Made by a program: the position numbers and the translations under genes. From assembly GCF_963921235.1 (NCBI RefSeq), contig NC_086108.1, forward strand, positions 26,412,001 through 26,476,000: a stretch of DNA of 64,000 nucleotides. Direction: 5' to 3'. Shown one piece after another: positions 39,300 through 53,361 of the stretch. The notes beneath the pieces were generated by a model, which was not told the origin of the DNA, searched no databases, and worked only from the letters and a program-made list of their open reading frames with translations. Each line of letters begins with the position of its first letter. The first letter of the stretch is position 1. This DNA comes from Mobula hypostoma. Taxonomy: Eukaryota.

Positions 39300-40090
39300 G
39301 ACCATAAGATGTAGGAGCTGATTTAGGCCACTTGGCTCATTGAAACTGCTCCACCATTCAAACATGGCTGATATTTTTACCTTTCTTCTCCAATCCTTTC
39401 TCTAGGACCATTAATTCCCCTTACCAATCAATAATTTAGCAATCTTGGCCTTAAGTATATCCAATAACTTGGCCTCCACAGTACGTTTTGACAATAAATT
39501 CCAGATTCAGTCTCCCCTAGCTGAAGGAATTTCACATCTTACTCTGAAAAGGACATCCATTTATTCAGAGGCTGTGCTCTCATATCCTGACGTTCCTGCT
39601 AATGGAAACATCCTCTCTGCATCCACTTGATCCAGGCCTTTCAGTAATTGATAGGTTTCAATGCGAAACCACTCCCTAGATTCAAAGATTCAAGTGCATT
39701 TATTATCAAAAATTTTATAAGTTATACAACCTTGAGCTTTGTTTGCTTCCTATGCCTCATCCTTCGAACCTCCATCAAGATCGAGTACAGGCTGAGGGTC
39801 ATCAAATGCTTCCCATATGTTAAACCTTTCATTCCTGGGATCACTCTTGTAAAACTCCTCTGGACACTCTTCATGGTCCATGTATCTTTCCTTAGATATA
39901 GGGCCTAAATTCTTCACAACATTCCAAATACAGTCTGACCAGCACCTTATAAAACCTCATTAGTATATCCTTGCTTTTATAATCTGGTCAACTTGAGATG
40001 AATGCTAATATTGCATTTGCCTTTCTTACTACCATCTCAGCCTGGAAGTTTACTTTAAGGCAACCCTGCACCAGGATTCCCAACTCCCTC
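39300..40090 (-). mobile_element. CR1 LINE 3' region, decayed
   Basis: Minus peptide ELGILVQGCLKV...VVRKANAILAFIS; antisense 3' UTR at ~39300. Confidence 0.8.
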
Positions 40091-40764
40091 ATTCTTGTGG
40101 ATACTTCCTTGGTCAACTGTGAATGGAGGATCAGTCTGTACCCCTTGTGATTTTCCATGGTTCCCAACATGAAGTCATCAAAAGAAACAACATTTACATT
40201 TTTTATTCTTCCTCTGTTCCCATGTTTTCCAGATTCTTCCACTAACCTACACAAATAATAGAGGCCACTTAAGCTACCAGCCTTCACGATCTGGTAGAAT
40301 GTGCAAGCTTGGCAAACTGCAGCAGTTTGCTGAGGTCAGTATAGAACCCAGTTCTCTGGTGCCATGAGACAGGGGCTCTATTAGCTCCACCACTATGCTG
40401 GCCTAATCTAAAACATTCCCCTAGCAAGCACAGTTCTTTCCCACTCTTTTCAAACTTCCAGGAAGGTTAGGAGCACCCACCACAATGAGTGTCACTGCAG
40501 GTCACTCCAACAGTGCTTGTATTGTGGTGTGTTCTGTTAAGAGTATACCTGCAGTGCTCCGTGCTGACTGCTGTGAGAACTAGCAACTCGTCAATAGGGA
40601 TGTGTGTTTCAGTGCAGTGTCACACAGGGAATATGAACAATGCTGTTCAGAGAACCTCACTATTCAAGTTTCAGAAACAGTATACCACTATTTTAATGTT
40701 AAAACAGTGTTTTGAGCAGATTCAAAGTCCAAGACTGGGAGGTTTTATCTGGTATTTCTGAGAA

Positions 40765-41080
40765 AGAAGTGAATGGAGGCAGTCGAGACATTCTGTGTGT
40801 CACAGTTCCCAAGGAGATGTTGGATCGAGCAGCAGGAGAGAGTGTTCGAAAGAAGTGATTGAGGACAGTCAGCACATCCTGCACACCACAGTGCCTGAGG
40901 AGACATTGGATTGCCTAGCGGGAGAGTTTTTAAAAGAAACAAGTGGAGGCAGTCGGGGTATTCTGTGTGCCACAGTTTCCTTGGAGATGTTGGATCAAGT
41001 AGCGGGAGAGGGAGTTCAAAAGGAGTGAGGGGGGCAGTAGGAACATACTGCACACCACAGTTCCTGAGGAGATGTTGGAT
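40765..41080 (+). repeat. Four degenerate ~85-bp tandem units (ABAB), probably the 5' UTR array of the adjacent CR1
   Basis: Recurring CACAGT(T/G)(C/T)C...GGAGA(T/C)(G/A)TTGGAT at ~40801, 40887, 40971 and 41056. Confidence 0.7.
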
Positions 41081-41263
41081 TTTATATTTGGCAAGGGTCA
41101 ATATAAAGAAGCGAGGTTTAAGCCCAGCACCTATATGTGAGTGGGTCAGTGTTAAAGTGGAGGGTTCAGGTTTTGGCTCATAGAGGCTCTGGCAAGGCAG
41201 AGGCCAGATTTCTTTTGGTGAAATTTGCTTTTTTCTTTCTTTTATGTTGCACGTTGACAGTGT

Positions 41264-41573
41264 GGGCACGTGGCCAAATGGTTAAGGCATTAGACTAGTG
41301 ATCTGAAGTTCGTGAATTCGAGCCCCAGCCGAGGTAGCGTGTTGTCTCCTTGAGCAAGGCACTTAACCACACAGTGCTCTGCAACGACACTGGTACCAAG
41401 CTGTATCGGCCCTTTCCCTTCCCTTGGACAAGATTGGTGTCGTGGAGAGAGGAGACTTGCAGCATGGGCAACTGCCAGTCTTCCATACAACCTTGCCCAG
41501 GCCTGCACCCTGGAGAGTGAAGACTTTCCAGGCGCAGATCCATTGTCTCGCAAGACTAACGGATGCCTTAATA
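41264..41573 (+). mobile_element. tRNA-derived SINE with CORE/Meta-like middle and a probable RTE-type tail
   Basis: A box TGGCCAAATGG, B box ATTCGAGCC, then CCTTGAGCAAGGCACTTAACC; ends GTCTCGCAAGACTAACGGATGCC. Second copy at 55644. Confidence 0.85.
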
Positions 41574-42191
41574 CTGCACGTTAGAGAAGTGAGGTTGCTA
41601 GGCAAGAGAGTGGAATGCTCCTCTTGCAGGATGTGAAAAGGCAGGGAGACCTCCAGTGTCCCTGATGACTATACATGCAAGAAGTACATCCAGCTGCAGC
41701 TTCTTACAGAGATATTAACGAATTGGAGCTGGAGCTGGATGAACTCCAGATTATTTGGAAGGCTGAGGGGTTGATCAACAGAACATACAGGGAGATATTT
41801 ATACCCAAAGTGCAGGACACAGGTAAATGGATGACTGCTAGGTGGAGGAACGGGGATAGGCAGCCAGTGCAGAGTACCTGTGTGGCTCTTTCTCTCAATT
41901 ACAGGAATACTGCTTTGGATACTGTTGGGTGGGATGACTTAGCAGAGGAAGGCCACAGTGATCAGGTCTCTGGCACTGAGTCTGACTCTGCAGCTCAAAA
42001 GGGAAGAGAAGAGAAGAGGTGAGCAATAGTGATAGGGGTTTCCATGGCTAGAGGAACAGACAGGAGGGACGGTAGATGAGAACAAGATTCCCAGATGGTA
42101 TGTTGCACCCAGGTGCTCAGGTCAGGGACATCTCAGTGACAAGGTCCTGCAGAGTGAGTTAGGTGCTATGTTAAAAGACGGGACCTGCAGG

Positions 42192-44634
42192 ATTACAACC
42201 TCAATTCTAATCAACAAGCTCCAGACCCTGGGCATCTTTACATCTCTCTGCAAATGGATCCCTTGACTTCTTCATCAGAAGACCAGAGTCGGTGCAGAAA
42301 TAACATCTTCTCATTGCCTCAGTCAACACTGGCGCACCTGAAAGATGCATGCTATCCCACTGCTCAACTTTATCAGTTGTGTGGCTAGGCAGAGCTCAAA
42401 TGCCATCTCTAAATTGACTGATGACTCAACTATTGTTGACAGAATTTTAGATGCTGCAGAGGAGGCGTACAGAAGCGAGTTAGAACAGCTGGTTGAGTGG
42501 CGTCACAGCAACACCTTGTACTTAATGTCACTAAGGCCAAGGAATTGATCGTGGACTTCAGGACTGGGAAGTTGAGGGAATACACACCTTTGAGGGATCA
42601 GAAGTGGAAAGAGTGAGCAGTTTCAAGTTCCTGGGTGTCGACCTCTCTGAGTATCTATCCTGGGCCCAACATACTGACGCAATTACAAAAAAGGCATGAC
42701 AGCAGCTGTATTTCATGAACGGTTTGAGGAGATTTGGTATGTCACCAAAGATATTCGCAAATTTCTACAGATGTACTGTGGTGAGCATTGTAACTGCTCA
42801 CCATCTGGTACGGAGAGAGCACGACACAAGATCAGAAAAAGCTGCATGAAGTTGTAACCTCAGCCAGCTCCATCATGGACACTAGTCTCATCTAGCATCC
42901 AGGATACTTTCAAAAGGCAATGCCTCAAAAACTGGCAGCACTAATCATTAATGAGCCCCGTCACCTCGGACACGGCCTCTTCTCATTGCCTCCATCACGG
43001 AGGAGGTACAGGAGCCTGAAGACACACACTCAATGTTTCAGGAACAGCTTCTTCCCCTCCACCTTCAGATGTCTGAATGGACAATGAACCCATGCAGAAT
43101 ATCTCATTATTTTTTACTTTCTTTCTGCACCACTTATTGTAATTGCATTCCACTGCCACGGGCCTGAATGACTTCCGCCCAGTTGCACTCACCCCCATCA
43201 TTGCAAAGTGCTTTGAGAAACTGGTTCTATCATATCTGAAATCTTGTCTGCCCACTACCCTGGACCCCCATCAATTTGCCTATCGCACCAACAGATCAAC
43301 AGAGGACACCATCTCCATGACACTTCACTCTGCCCTGACCCACCTGGACAGCCCCAACTCTTTCGTCAGAATGCTGTTCATTGACTTTAGCTCAGCATTC
43401 AATACTGTGATCCCCTCCAAGCTGATTGCCAAACTTGGCCAGCTTGGTATCAGCTCATCCCTCTGCAATTGGACCTTGGACTTTCTGACTAACAGACCCC
43501 AATCAGTTAATTAGACAACCTCTCCTCCTCCACTCTCACCCTGAACATCGGCGTGCCTCAAGGCTGTGTGCTGAGCCCTCTTCTGTAATTCCTTTTCAGC
43601 TATGACTGCGTTCCTGTACATGGTTCTAACTCCATAATCAAGTTCACAGATGACATCACGGTGGTTGGCCTGATCAGAGGGAATGACGAGATGGCCCACA
43701 GGGACAAGGTCCAGCACCTGGCCGCATGGTGTGCCGACAACAACCTGACCCTTAACACCCAGAAGACCAAGGAGGTCATTCTGGACTTCAGGCATGCTCG
43801 GAGCCACACTCACGTCCCCATCTACATCAACGGAGCTGTAGCGTGTATCAACTGAAGCGTGTATCAAGCTTCAAATTCCTTGGTGTCCACATTTCCGAGG
43901 ATCTCACCTGGTCCCTGAACTCCTCCATCCTGATCAAAAAGGCACAACAGTGTCTTTATTTCCTGCGGAGCATCAAGAAAGCTCACCTCAGTCTCAGGAT
44001 ACTGACGGACTTTTACCGCTGTACCATTGAGAGCATACTCACCAACTGCATCTCAGTGTGGTATGGCAATTGTCCCGCATTGGACCACAAAGCACACCAG
44101 CGTGTGGTGAAAACTGCCCAGTGGATTATCAGCACCCAATTGCCTACCATTGAGAACATCTACCATAAACGCTGGGCAGGGCGAAAAGCATTATCAAGGA
44201 TGCATCTCACCCTAACCATAGACTTTTTACTCTCCTCCCAACTGGTAGGCACTACAGGAGCCTCCGCTCCCGCACCAGCAGGCACAGGAAGAGCTTCTTC
44301 CCTGAGGCTGTGACCCTGCTGAACCTCACATCACAGCGCTAAGCAGTATTGCACCCATATTGTACTGTCTCAGTACTTTTATATTTGTGTGCTGTAGCAC
44401 TTACATTTTTATTCACAGTTATTTTGTAAATAACACTATTCTTTGCATTTCTGGTTAGATGCTAATTGCATTTCATTGGCTTTGTATCTGTACTCGGCAC
44501 AATGACAATAAAGTTGAATCTAATCTAATCTAATTTATAGTCTTTATTATTATGTATTGCAATGTACTGCTGTCACAAGACAAAATATATCATGACATAT
44601 GCCAGGAATATTAGAGCTGATTCTGATTCTGATT
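42192..44634 (+). mobile_element. Older Rex1/Babar LINE (42192-43142 plus tail 44533-44634) inserted in CR1 ORF1
   Basis: SKLTDDSTIV...AYRSELEQLVEW remnant; (TCTGAT)n tail at ~44618-44633. Confidence 0.82.
43143..44532 (+). mobile_element. Younger Rex1/Babar LINE, 5'-truncated, RT largely readable
   Basis: [21 protein letters not shown]...LDPHQFAYR...[46 protein letters not shown] plus (AATCT)n tail. Few stops. Confidence 0.93.
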
Positions 44635-45498
44635 TTGGGGTTGTGATCTCAGGATTGCTATCTGTCCAACCTGTCCAGAGATAGAAAGACTATACTGGTT
44701 GACATGTTGCTAAGGAGATGGTGCAGGAGAGAGGGCTTCAGAGTTTTGGATCATTGTGCTCGCTACCAGGAAAGTGGGAGCTGATTAGCCAGGATGGTTT
44801 GCATGTGATCTGGAGGGGGACTATTAATTTACCTGAGGGAGGGTTTGCCAGTGCTGCATGTAGGGTGTTTAAACTAGAGTTGCAGGCAAGTAGGAACTAA
44901 AGTGCTAGAACAGACAGTGGAGTGGTTGTGGGGAAGGATGTTGTTAATTGAGCATAGTGGGACTAATGTTCTAAGTTACATATATTTGAATGCAAAGGGT
45001 ATTTTAGAAAAGGGGGATGACCTTAGGGCATGGATTAGCGCATGGAATTATGGCCATTAGTGAGATTTGGTTGCATATGAGGCAGGATGGTAGCTCAGTG
45101 TTCTGGGGTTCCATTACTTTGGACATGATAGGGCACAAGGGATTAATGGGAGAGGGGTGGCATTACTAGTCAACTAGTGTCAGGACAGTCTGGAGAGCTC
45201 ACTTACTGAAGATTTATGCATGAAACTGAGGAATAAGAAATGGATAACCACTTTCATGGGGTTTTATTTTAGACCACCAATAGTGCACAGGAATTAGAGG
45301 AGTGGGTAAGTTATTGTAAGGTATTCTAAGCGATCAGATATTCTGTATGTATTTGGATACACAGAGACTAATTAGGGATGTTCAACATGGCCTTGTATGT
45401 GGTAGGTCGTGTCTAACCAATTTTATAGAACCAATTTTATACCAGGAACGTTGATGAAGGTAAGGCAATGGATGTAATTTACATGGATTTTAGCAAGA

Positions 45499-46683
45499 TG
45501 TAACCCAGGTTATTTAAACCCAAGTTTGTAATGTTGCAAAGTTCTACCTACGGAGGGATGAAAACGAGGTTTACCGATTTTTTTAAAATGGAGAATTTGA
45601 AAAACACACTACGCGAGGGCAGGGCGTGGCTGATGCAGGACAGATAAAGAGAGAAATGCAGCAACGATTAGAAGCTGAAGACATGAACTGTTAAGAGTTG
45701 AATTAGTAGTGAGCATTTTTACCCTACTAACTTGTAACCCTCAGGGTGAAACCCCTGGAGGAGAGACAATAACAATAAAAGATTTATTGAAGCTACAGCT
45801 CTAACATGCAGCAGCTTTAACGAGACAACATCAGCAGAGACCAATGTCCAAAATCCCTACCGTGTAGTCAGGAATTAGTTTAAAAATCACACCAAAGGAT
45901 TTGGTCAAGTTTTTGTACAAGTTTGTGAACTGACTTTCTGTGGATGATAAACTATCTTATCCAATGAATCAAGAAACAAGATGGTGAGCCACCCAAGATG
46001 GTGAACCAGCGGGGGAATGAAATGTGTAGACACAGACGATTTAATATGGTTGGATGCACAAGTTTATTTTCATTTGGAGAAACCAAATTTGATTTTCTGC
46101 AAGTACTGATTATATTTGCAAAGACCTTGATAAGTTACTGAATGAGATTTACTTATTTTAAAAGATGTGATGTTGGAGAATTGTCATGTATATATAATTT
46201 TTGAATTTTAAGTTAAACTTGTTGATATACTGCTTGGAACTGAAACTGAAGTTAACTAGAATACTTGAAAATAAGAATTATATTTCATTTTCTAACTAAC
46301 TAGGGGTAAGTAAAAAGGAAAGTTTAGTCTGTAAACTTTTAAATAGGGAATAACACTAGATCTAATAAGTTAGAGAGATTTGAGTAATAAAGGAATCTCA
46401 CTGATTCTAATTGAAAAGGAATTTGTTTTGGTTTGATATCTACGATTTAGAACCTAAACAGAATGTTTAAATTTTGAGTTGTTCATGTTCATGTAAATAT
46501 TTTGTACAAATTGTTATTTTCTGATAAACAAAAGTTATCTCCAGAAGTGCGTGGATTCTATTTGCTGCCTCCTTTCAATACCTGGGTTCTTCTGATGGCC
46601 TACTAGCACATAGTGTAATTTGATTTTTGCAGAGTACTGCGACTAGTCACGTGTGATAAGACTGGTACTACACAGGTGTTAAA
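45499..46683. mobile_element. Solo LTR-like insertion (~1185 bp) inside the CR1 RT
   Basis: Starts TGTAAC and ends GTTAAA (degenerate GTTACA); flanks AAGA/AAGG. It cleanly interrupts GATTTTAGCAAG|GTATTTGATAAG. Confidence 0.75.
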
Positions 46684-49009
46684 AAGGTATTTGATAAGAT
46701 CCCACATGGGAGGTTTGTCTAGAAGGCTCAGTCACTTGGCATTCAAGATTAGATAGTAAATTGGATTAGACATTGGATTTGCAGGAGAAGCCAGAGAGTG
46801 GTAGTCGATGGTTGCCTCTCTGACTGGAAGCCTCTGACTAGTGGTGAGCTGTAGGGATCAGTGCCGTATCCATTTTTGTTTGTGATCGATATCAATGATC
46901 TGGATGGCTATCATGAAATTTGTGGATACCAAGAAGACTGGGGATGTAGTGGACAGAGAGGAAGAATATTAAAGCTTGCAGCAGGATCTGGACCAGCTGA
47001 AGAAGTGGGTTGAAAAATAGAGGATGGAATTTAATGCAGACAATTGTGAGGTGTTGCAATTTGGAAGGACAAACCAGGTTAGAAATTACATGGTAAGTGA
47101 TAGGGCACTGAGGAGTGCAGTAGAACAGAGGGATCTAGGACTACAAACCAATAACTCATTGAAAGTAGTGTCACAGGTAGATAGGGTCGTTAAAAAAAGG
47201 TTTGGATACATTACCCTTAATAAAGCAAAGTATTGAGTACAGGAGTTGGGATATTATGTTAAAGCTGTATAAAATGTTAGTGAGACCTAATTTGGAGTAT
47301 TGTGTGCAGTTTTGATCACCTACTACAGGAAAGATTTATCAGATTGCAAAGACTAAATGCAAGCAGGATTTTTTCCACTAAGGCTGAGTGAGACTAGAAA
47401 TAGAGGTCATGTATTAAGGGTGAAACGTGAAATTTTAAAGGGGAACATGAGGGGGAACTTCTTCACTCAGAGGTTGCTGAGACTGTGGAATGAACTGTCA
47501 GCGGGAGAGCAACAGTGGTGGATACGGGATCAATTTCAACAATTAAGAGATATTTGGTTAGGTAAATAGATGGGAGGAGTATTGTCGGCTATGGTCCGGG
47601 GCAGATTAATAGGACTATGCAGAATAATTGTTCAGCACAGACCTGATGGGCCAAAGGGTTTGTTTCTATTCTGTAGTGTTTTATGACTTTATGAATGATT
47701 CATGTGCATGCCCTCAATGCAAGACTCCATGAGTGGTGTTCTTTTAAGACCTGTAGTTCTTTTGCATGGTTACATCCATTGACTGTGTGGGTTTGGTGGC
47801 CATGCATGAACAAGAAGAGGACCTGTTTTATCTGCAGCTATAATTGGAGCTCTTAAAGTAACGCTTCAGAACTGAAGCTGTTGCTGAAAGAAGTGGATTG
47901 GCTTTTGTGGCCATCAGGGGAGGTGTCAATAAGGGCAGACTCAGGAACACTCAGAACCCCTTCTTCTCCACGCTCTGCACAAGGCAGGAGACTGTTTCTC
48001 CACGTTTTGCAGAATGCCATAGTCCTGTCTGACCGCCTGCAAGATGGTGTGAACCAGTTGTACTTGTTCAATAAATATGAACCAAATGGCACTATTTAAA
48101 TTACAATCGTACCCTTGAAATTATGAGGATGTGTTAATTACTCCAAGCTATCTCATTCAACATTAAGTGGTATTAGATGCGTTGAAACTTATTCCTGAAG
48201 TATATCAAATTATAAATATATTTGCTTTCAGTTGCTGCCTTTTAATCCAACTACTTGTCTGTTATTTCTATCTGATTTGAGGTTGTGGTCTAACTACAGT
48301 ATATCTCAATACTTGAGATAAATTGAGTTTATAGTCTTATGTACAAGTACCTTAATGAACAGCTACAATGAAAAACATACCTGCAGCATCATGGGCGTGT
48401 AGATTTAGACAACACACAGAAGGTAAGTTGCTGATTAGTTAAGGAGGTATACAGTATCTTGATCTACTCATGCAGGTCTCAGGTGCCAGTGTTCCTCACT
48501 GTGAACTTATCAACTTGCTCTTTTACCAACTTGGCTTGCAAAAATTTAAAAGTCTGTCCAACAACGGATCTCATCAGATTTCCACGGGTAATTGGGCCTT
48601 TGTCCAGCTTTACAGATGTTGACACAACAACTGTGCACATGGCATTGATGATCAGCACAGACTCAAGGTCTGTTTCTTTGCTGGATTCCTATGAACTTTA
48701 TGTCTGGACTGCTTCATTTGGAGATTTTGATGCATGAACAGATACTTGGGAATGTGAATGTTCCAACAATGGAAGAAACAAACTTTTCACCCAGCAGAGA
48801 CATTCAGTAAAAGACATAACATTGCTCTCCTCTGACATAAAGAGACTTTCAATGCACAACACAATGCCATTTTCCTCAAAGCTGTACAAACAAAAAATTC
48901 TAGCCCTAGGTATTTAACCTGGCATCATCTTCCACTGAAGTTGCTGTACGATGTTCATTTACATAACAGCTTAAAAAAGTGTACCATAAGCTTCACTGTT
49001 ATCTTGGCA

Positions 49010-49185
49010 GCATAAACATAGAACATCACAGGCCCTTCGGCCCACAATGTTGTGCTGACCATGCAACCTACTCTGGCAACTGCCTAGAATTTCCCTAGCA
49101 CATAGCCCTCTATTTTTCTGAGCTCCATGTACCTATCTAAGAGGCTCTTAAAAGACACTATTGTATCTGCTTCCACCACCGACAG
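49010..49185 (-). mobile_element. CR1-type 3' tail
   Basis: CATAGAACATCACAGGCCCTTCGGCCCACAATGTTGTGC. Confidence 0.7.
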
Positions 49186-51985
49186 TGCTACCTTGTGTTA
49201 CTCTCACACACCGGTCAATTCCACATGCACACATGTTTTAAAAGCTCTGACGTAAAAGTTAATATATATGTGGCACTGTGTTCCCACCATGCTATTAGAA
49301 CAGAGAAAACTAGTATTCAGTCCAGTCAATCCATTTTTTCTGGTTGTTTGCTCCAAATATCCCAATGTCACTTTCCTGCAAAAGTTCATTTAATTTTATC
49401 ATGGACTGTTGAGGAATCATTTTAGAGAGTGTAGGTAGTGCTTGGCCCTGTAAGCTGTGAGATATGTGGTTCTTTTGCATGGCTACATGCATTAACTGTA
49501 TGCAAGGTTGATGATCATGTCTAAAGGGGAAGTTGACCAACTTTGTGTGCGGTTATACTGTAATTGGACCTCTCAAAATGGTGGTCTGGAACTGGTAGAG
49601 GTGAATCAGCCTGGGGAGAGCTGTCAGGAGAGGTGGCAAAAGAACTCAGCAGCAGGAACGTTCCTTCTTCAGCACGGGACTGGCAGATTTAGCCACTGAG
49701 GGACTGAATCAGGGCGCTCGGGATAACTTCTGCTGCTCTCTCTGCAAAACACAGAAGGCCTCACTTGAATGGAAAGGGAATCAAAGGTAAAGGAAAGAAG
49801 GCAGAAGAATGGGGACAATAAATGAGCCATGATTGAATGGCGGAGCAGACTGGATGGGCTGAATGACCTAATTCTGTTTCTATGTCTTATAAGTCTTATG
49901 ATCTTTTAAAATGATGATCATAAATCTGCTGCATTGGTGACACCCAAGATGAATTCATGAATGTCTTCTCGAGCAGGCTCCCTGATAGTAATGCAAGTAA
50001 AGTCTGTCCCTTTTATTTGCATCTTTTTATGTTTTTCGTAGTTCAGTGCAGCAGCAACATCATTAAACTGGCATTGCATCTTTGGAGGGGAATGGATAAT
50101 CCACATTTTGTTTCATGATTCTTCACCTAGACTGGATAAAGATCTGGTTTCAACTTGACTTGCTGAGTTTCTCCAGTATTTCGTGTGTCACTGCAGATCC
50201 CAGCTCCTGAAGACTCTAGGGTCTCCAAACATATATTGAGTGACGACTGACCTCCTTGATGAATGAATGCAAATACGGGCACATGAGCCAAAGTTACAGT
50301 TCATGTCATTCACACTCTCAATCCCATTTCTCAATTAGTTTGACTCTATAGATTGGAAATTTTGAGCATAAAGTTGTACCAACAATCTGTCTGAATATCT
50401 GCATCAGTATCTGGTTTCACCACGATGCTGTTGTGGGATTTTGCATTATGCATTAAAACACTTCAGTTCATTTCAACACTGGAAGAAAAAAAAGTTTGGT
50501 TAGCTTTAAACAATTTACAACATTGTGAAGCAAATTAAATGACAATTTTAAAATATATTGCTCAGCATTTTATGTAGAAAGTAATCTACTAACACTACGA
50601 ACAAATGTGGGAGTACACTGAGGTGTATTGGGTATCAAATATACCTCTGTAGGTTGTTTTCTGCTTCTGATTCAGATATCTGTATGTTCAATGCATATGA
50701 TGGACTCAGGAATGCCAACTTTCAGATGAGAGTTTCAAATAAGAAGACTTCCTCCAATCAACATCACAAAAACTGAATATCCATTGTTACTACATTGCTT
50801 TTTGTGGGGGCTTGCCATGCACAAACTTGATTGCAATGTTTTTTAACATTGAAACTACAAAATTGTTGATTGTCTGGTACATGTGGCCATCCCAGAGTTA
50901 CATAAGGCACCCTATAAATACAAATCCTTTCTCTACATACCTTAATTGGGACACCAATTTGCATGCATTGTCTTTTTTTTTGGTTCACAAGAGAGCCACC
51001 TTGTGGTGACTTAGATTGGAATTGCCCATTTTGTTTCAATTAGTGCCAATTAGCTGCCTGTCAGAAACTGCCCAGATTCATATCCCTTAACATTTGTGAC
51101 AGTGATAATTGGATTTCTTTCATATTTGCACACAGATGGTGCTAAAAGCAACAGGTGCAATCTCAGGATGGCTGATGCATCTACCTGTTGTTTCAGGTGT
51201 GCTGGTTTCCAAATGTTATTTGACTTTGCATATGTTTGAAACAGAGGATGATTTTTATAAATATGGAAATAAACTGTCTCTTGGTACTTTTCTGAAGAAT
51301 GTCTTTTAAGTGTTATATGTTTGAAATTTTATAATTTGACTACTAATTATCTTGCCATGGTTTTATCATATACATCCAGTGTTCAGGTCCAGTGGATTAG
51401 TGGTCTGTGATATTTAGTAATTTACAGGATTTTTCTCAGTCCTGTAGTCTGTAATACAAACCCACTGTTGCACAGGCTTCAGTGAGCTCATGGTTGGTCC
51501 AAATGTTGGTTGGGTTTAAATTACAGAATTTATTTATTCCATGAACTCAAGGGCACATTATTGATTTGTATAATTAGTGTAGATGTGTGCAGGTTAATTA
51601 AGTGGCCATATGTGAACCTGTGTTGTGTTGAATTTGCAAAACATGATTTGTATGGAAGTGTAATGATTTTTGTACATATTAAGGGCTTTTGTGGCACATT
51701 TGGTGAATACAATATAGTGTCCTGAAGTTGATAAATCTTCTGAACAGAGACAAATTTTGGAAGTGAGCTTTAAACTGTAAAATGTGTTTAGTGCTATCCA
51801 TAGTGGATTAATTTCTGTGGGACCCTGTTATTATGATCTTATAGCATAATTACAAGATTATGTTACTGCAGACTAGAGTTGAAATGATTGTAAAATTTAC
51901 TGGTCAACCAAGTTTGGTGACCACACTGTGGGTGAGATTGATTTTATATGCAGAATCAGTCTATTTGCTTCATTTTTTACCTGGG

Positions 51986-52065
51986 CCGGGGTTCCCAACC
52001 TAGGATCCACAGACCCCTTGCTTAATGGCATTGGTCCATGGCATAAAATAGATTGGGAACCCCTG
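51986..52065. mobile_element. 80-bp hAT-Charlie MITE
   Basis: Matches 31156-31235; followed by GTCTAGAG. Confidence 0.85.
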
Positions 52066-52429
52066 GTCTAGAGGAACTGTCCTACACTTGTTGGAATAAG
52101 TTGCTCTAGCTCTTGAATTGCTAATAATTGAATGGATATTATTTGCTCGCAGTCACACCACCATCTTATTTGTGCAAAAAAGAAGCACTTAGTGAGCACA
52201 TAACATTAACAATGGAATGTATAGATTGTTACGTATGTATGATATTCTCCAGAGCACCACGCCTAAGTAAATTAGTTTGATTAATTGCAGGGTATCCATC
52301 CAAGTGAGGAAGGGTCTGGCCAAAGGCAAAATCCACCAGAGTGTTAATGAATTGTTATAACAACCCCATAACTAACGGGAGCTTAAAATGGGAACTAGTC
52401 ATATAAATGTACTTTCTGACCTTGTCACA

Positions 52430-52850
52430 GAGCGACACAGTTTAGAAGGAAGCACTAAGTCCATGTTGGACATCAACCACCTATTTATTCTAATTCTATA
52501 TTAATCCCATTTTCTCCACATTCTCTTCAATTTCACCACCCCTCTCCCCAAATTATTCTTCAGATTTACACACAAGAGCAGGGGTTCCCAACAGAGGGCC
52601 CACTGACCCTTTAGTTAATGGTAAGGCTCAATGGCGTAAAAGAACAGTTTGGAACCCTTGCACTGGAGGTAACTTACGGTCACCAGTTAAGCTACCAACC
52701 TGCACATCTTTGGAATGTGGGGTAAAACCAGTCACACAGTCATTCATGTGGGGAACTTATGACCTCCTCATGGACAGTAACCAAGGTCAAGATTACTTCC
52801 AGCTCTCTGGTGCTCTGAAGCAGTGGCTCCTGTCATTGCATTAGTGTGTC
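52430..52850 (-). mobile_element. HE1/V-SINE-like element interrupted by a Charlie MITE at 52579-52660
   Basis: Antisense V-domain (CTTTGGAATGTGGG...AAACC). MITE CAGGGGTTCC...GGAACCCTTG with flanks CACAAGAG/CACTGGAG. Confidence 0.72.
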
Positions 52851-53361
52851 GCTCATTGTGATGGAGATGTTGGTATGAAATGGAATAGGATCTCATCAAG
52901 CAATGTGTTTATCCAATGTGATACAGCTGTGATGACAGTTCGCCACTCTATGAAATGTTCCAAAGGGATGCAAGTTCTTTCTTTAAAAGAAACTGTTCCA
53001 AGGCTTCCAATTAATGTCTCTGTCAGATTGAAACACATGCATTCAATGGGCATCAACTCCTACATTTACTGAGCTGTACTGCACTCACGGTGAACGAGTG
53101 ATTCTGCATGGAAGCAAAACCTAGCTTCAGGATTCATGAATACCACATTTGTTCATGACAGTGCAGAGGTTATGGGGCACGCTTGGGTTCAGATAGAGAC
53201 CTCTCTGACCATTCACTGCACGCTTACGCCCAAAAGTAGTTCCATGAGGAAATGGACCCAGGGATTGGATACACTTAATATCCAGCTCCCTCCCTGATGC
53301 ATTTAGAATGGCCCTATTCATTGGAATGAATCCTTGACCTACAGGGAACATTTAAGTGACA

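Larger units (their letters stand above)
41080..47695 (+). mobile_element. Near full-length but internally deleted CR1 LINE, fragmented by later insertions (pieces ~41080-41263, 41575-42191, 44636-45498, 46684-47695)
   Basis: ORF1 Cys/leucine-zipper remnant VECSSCRM...ELELELDELQ; esterase-like region continuing across the Rex insertion (GTTGTGATCTCAGGATTG = VVISGL); RT motif MDFSK|xFDK split by an LTR; MEFNADNCEVLQFG; RGNFFTQRLLRLWNEL; (TTTATGA)-like tail. Confidence 0.85.

Noticed and set aside
40745..41269. 174-aa minus-strand ORF
   Set aside because: It lies over a tandem array and probable CR1 5' UTR, with no recognisable domain.
43143..44313. Active reverse transcriptase gene
   Set aside because: 5'-truncated, with in-frame stops (e.g. 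43512, ~43586) and frameshifts.
49669..49690. REST/RE1-like site (TTCAGCACGGGAC); also GGACAGC at ~54493
   Set aside because: Only half-site matches, with wrong spacing or a missing partner half.
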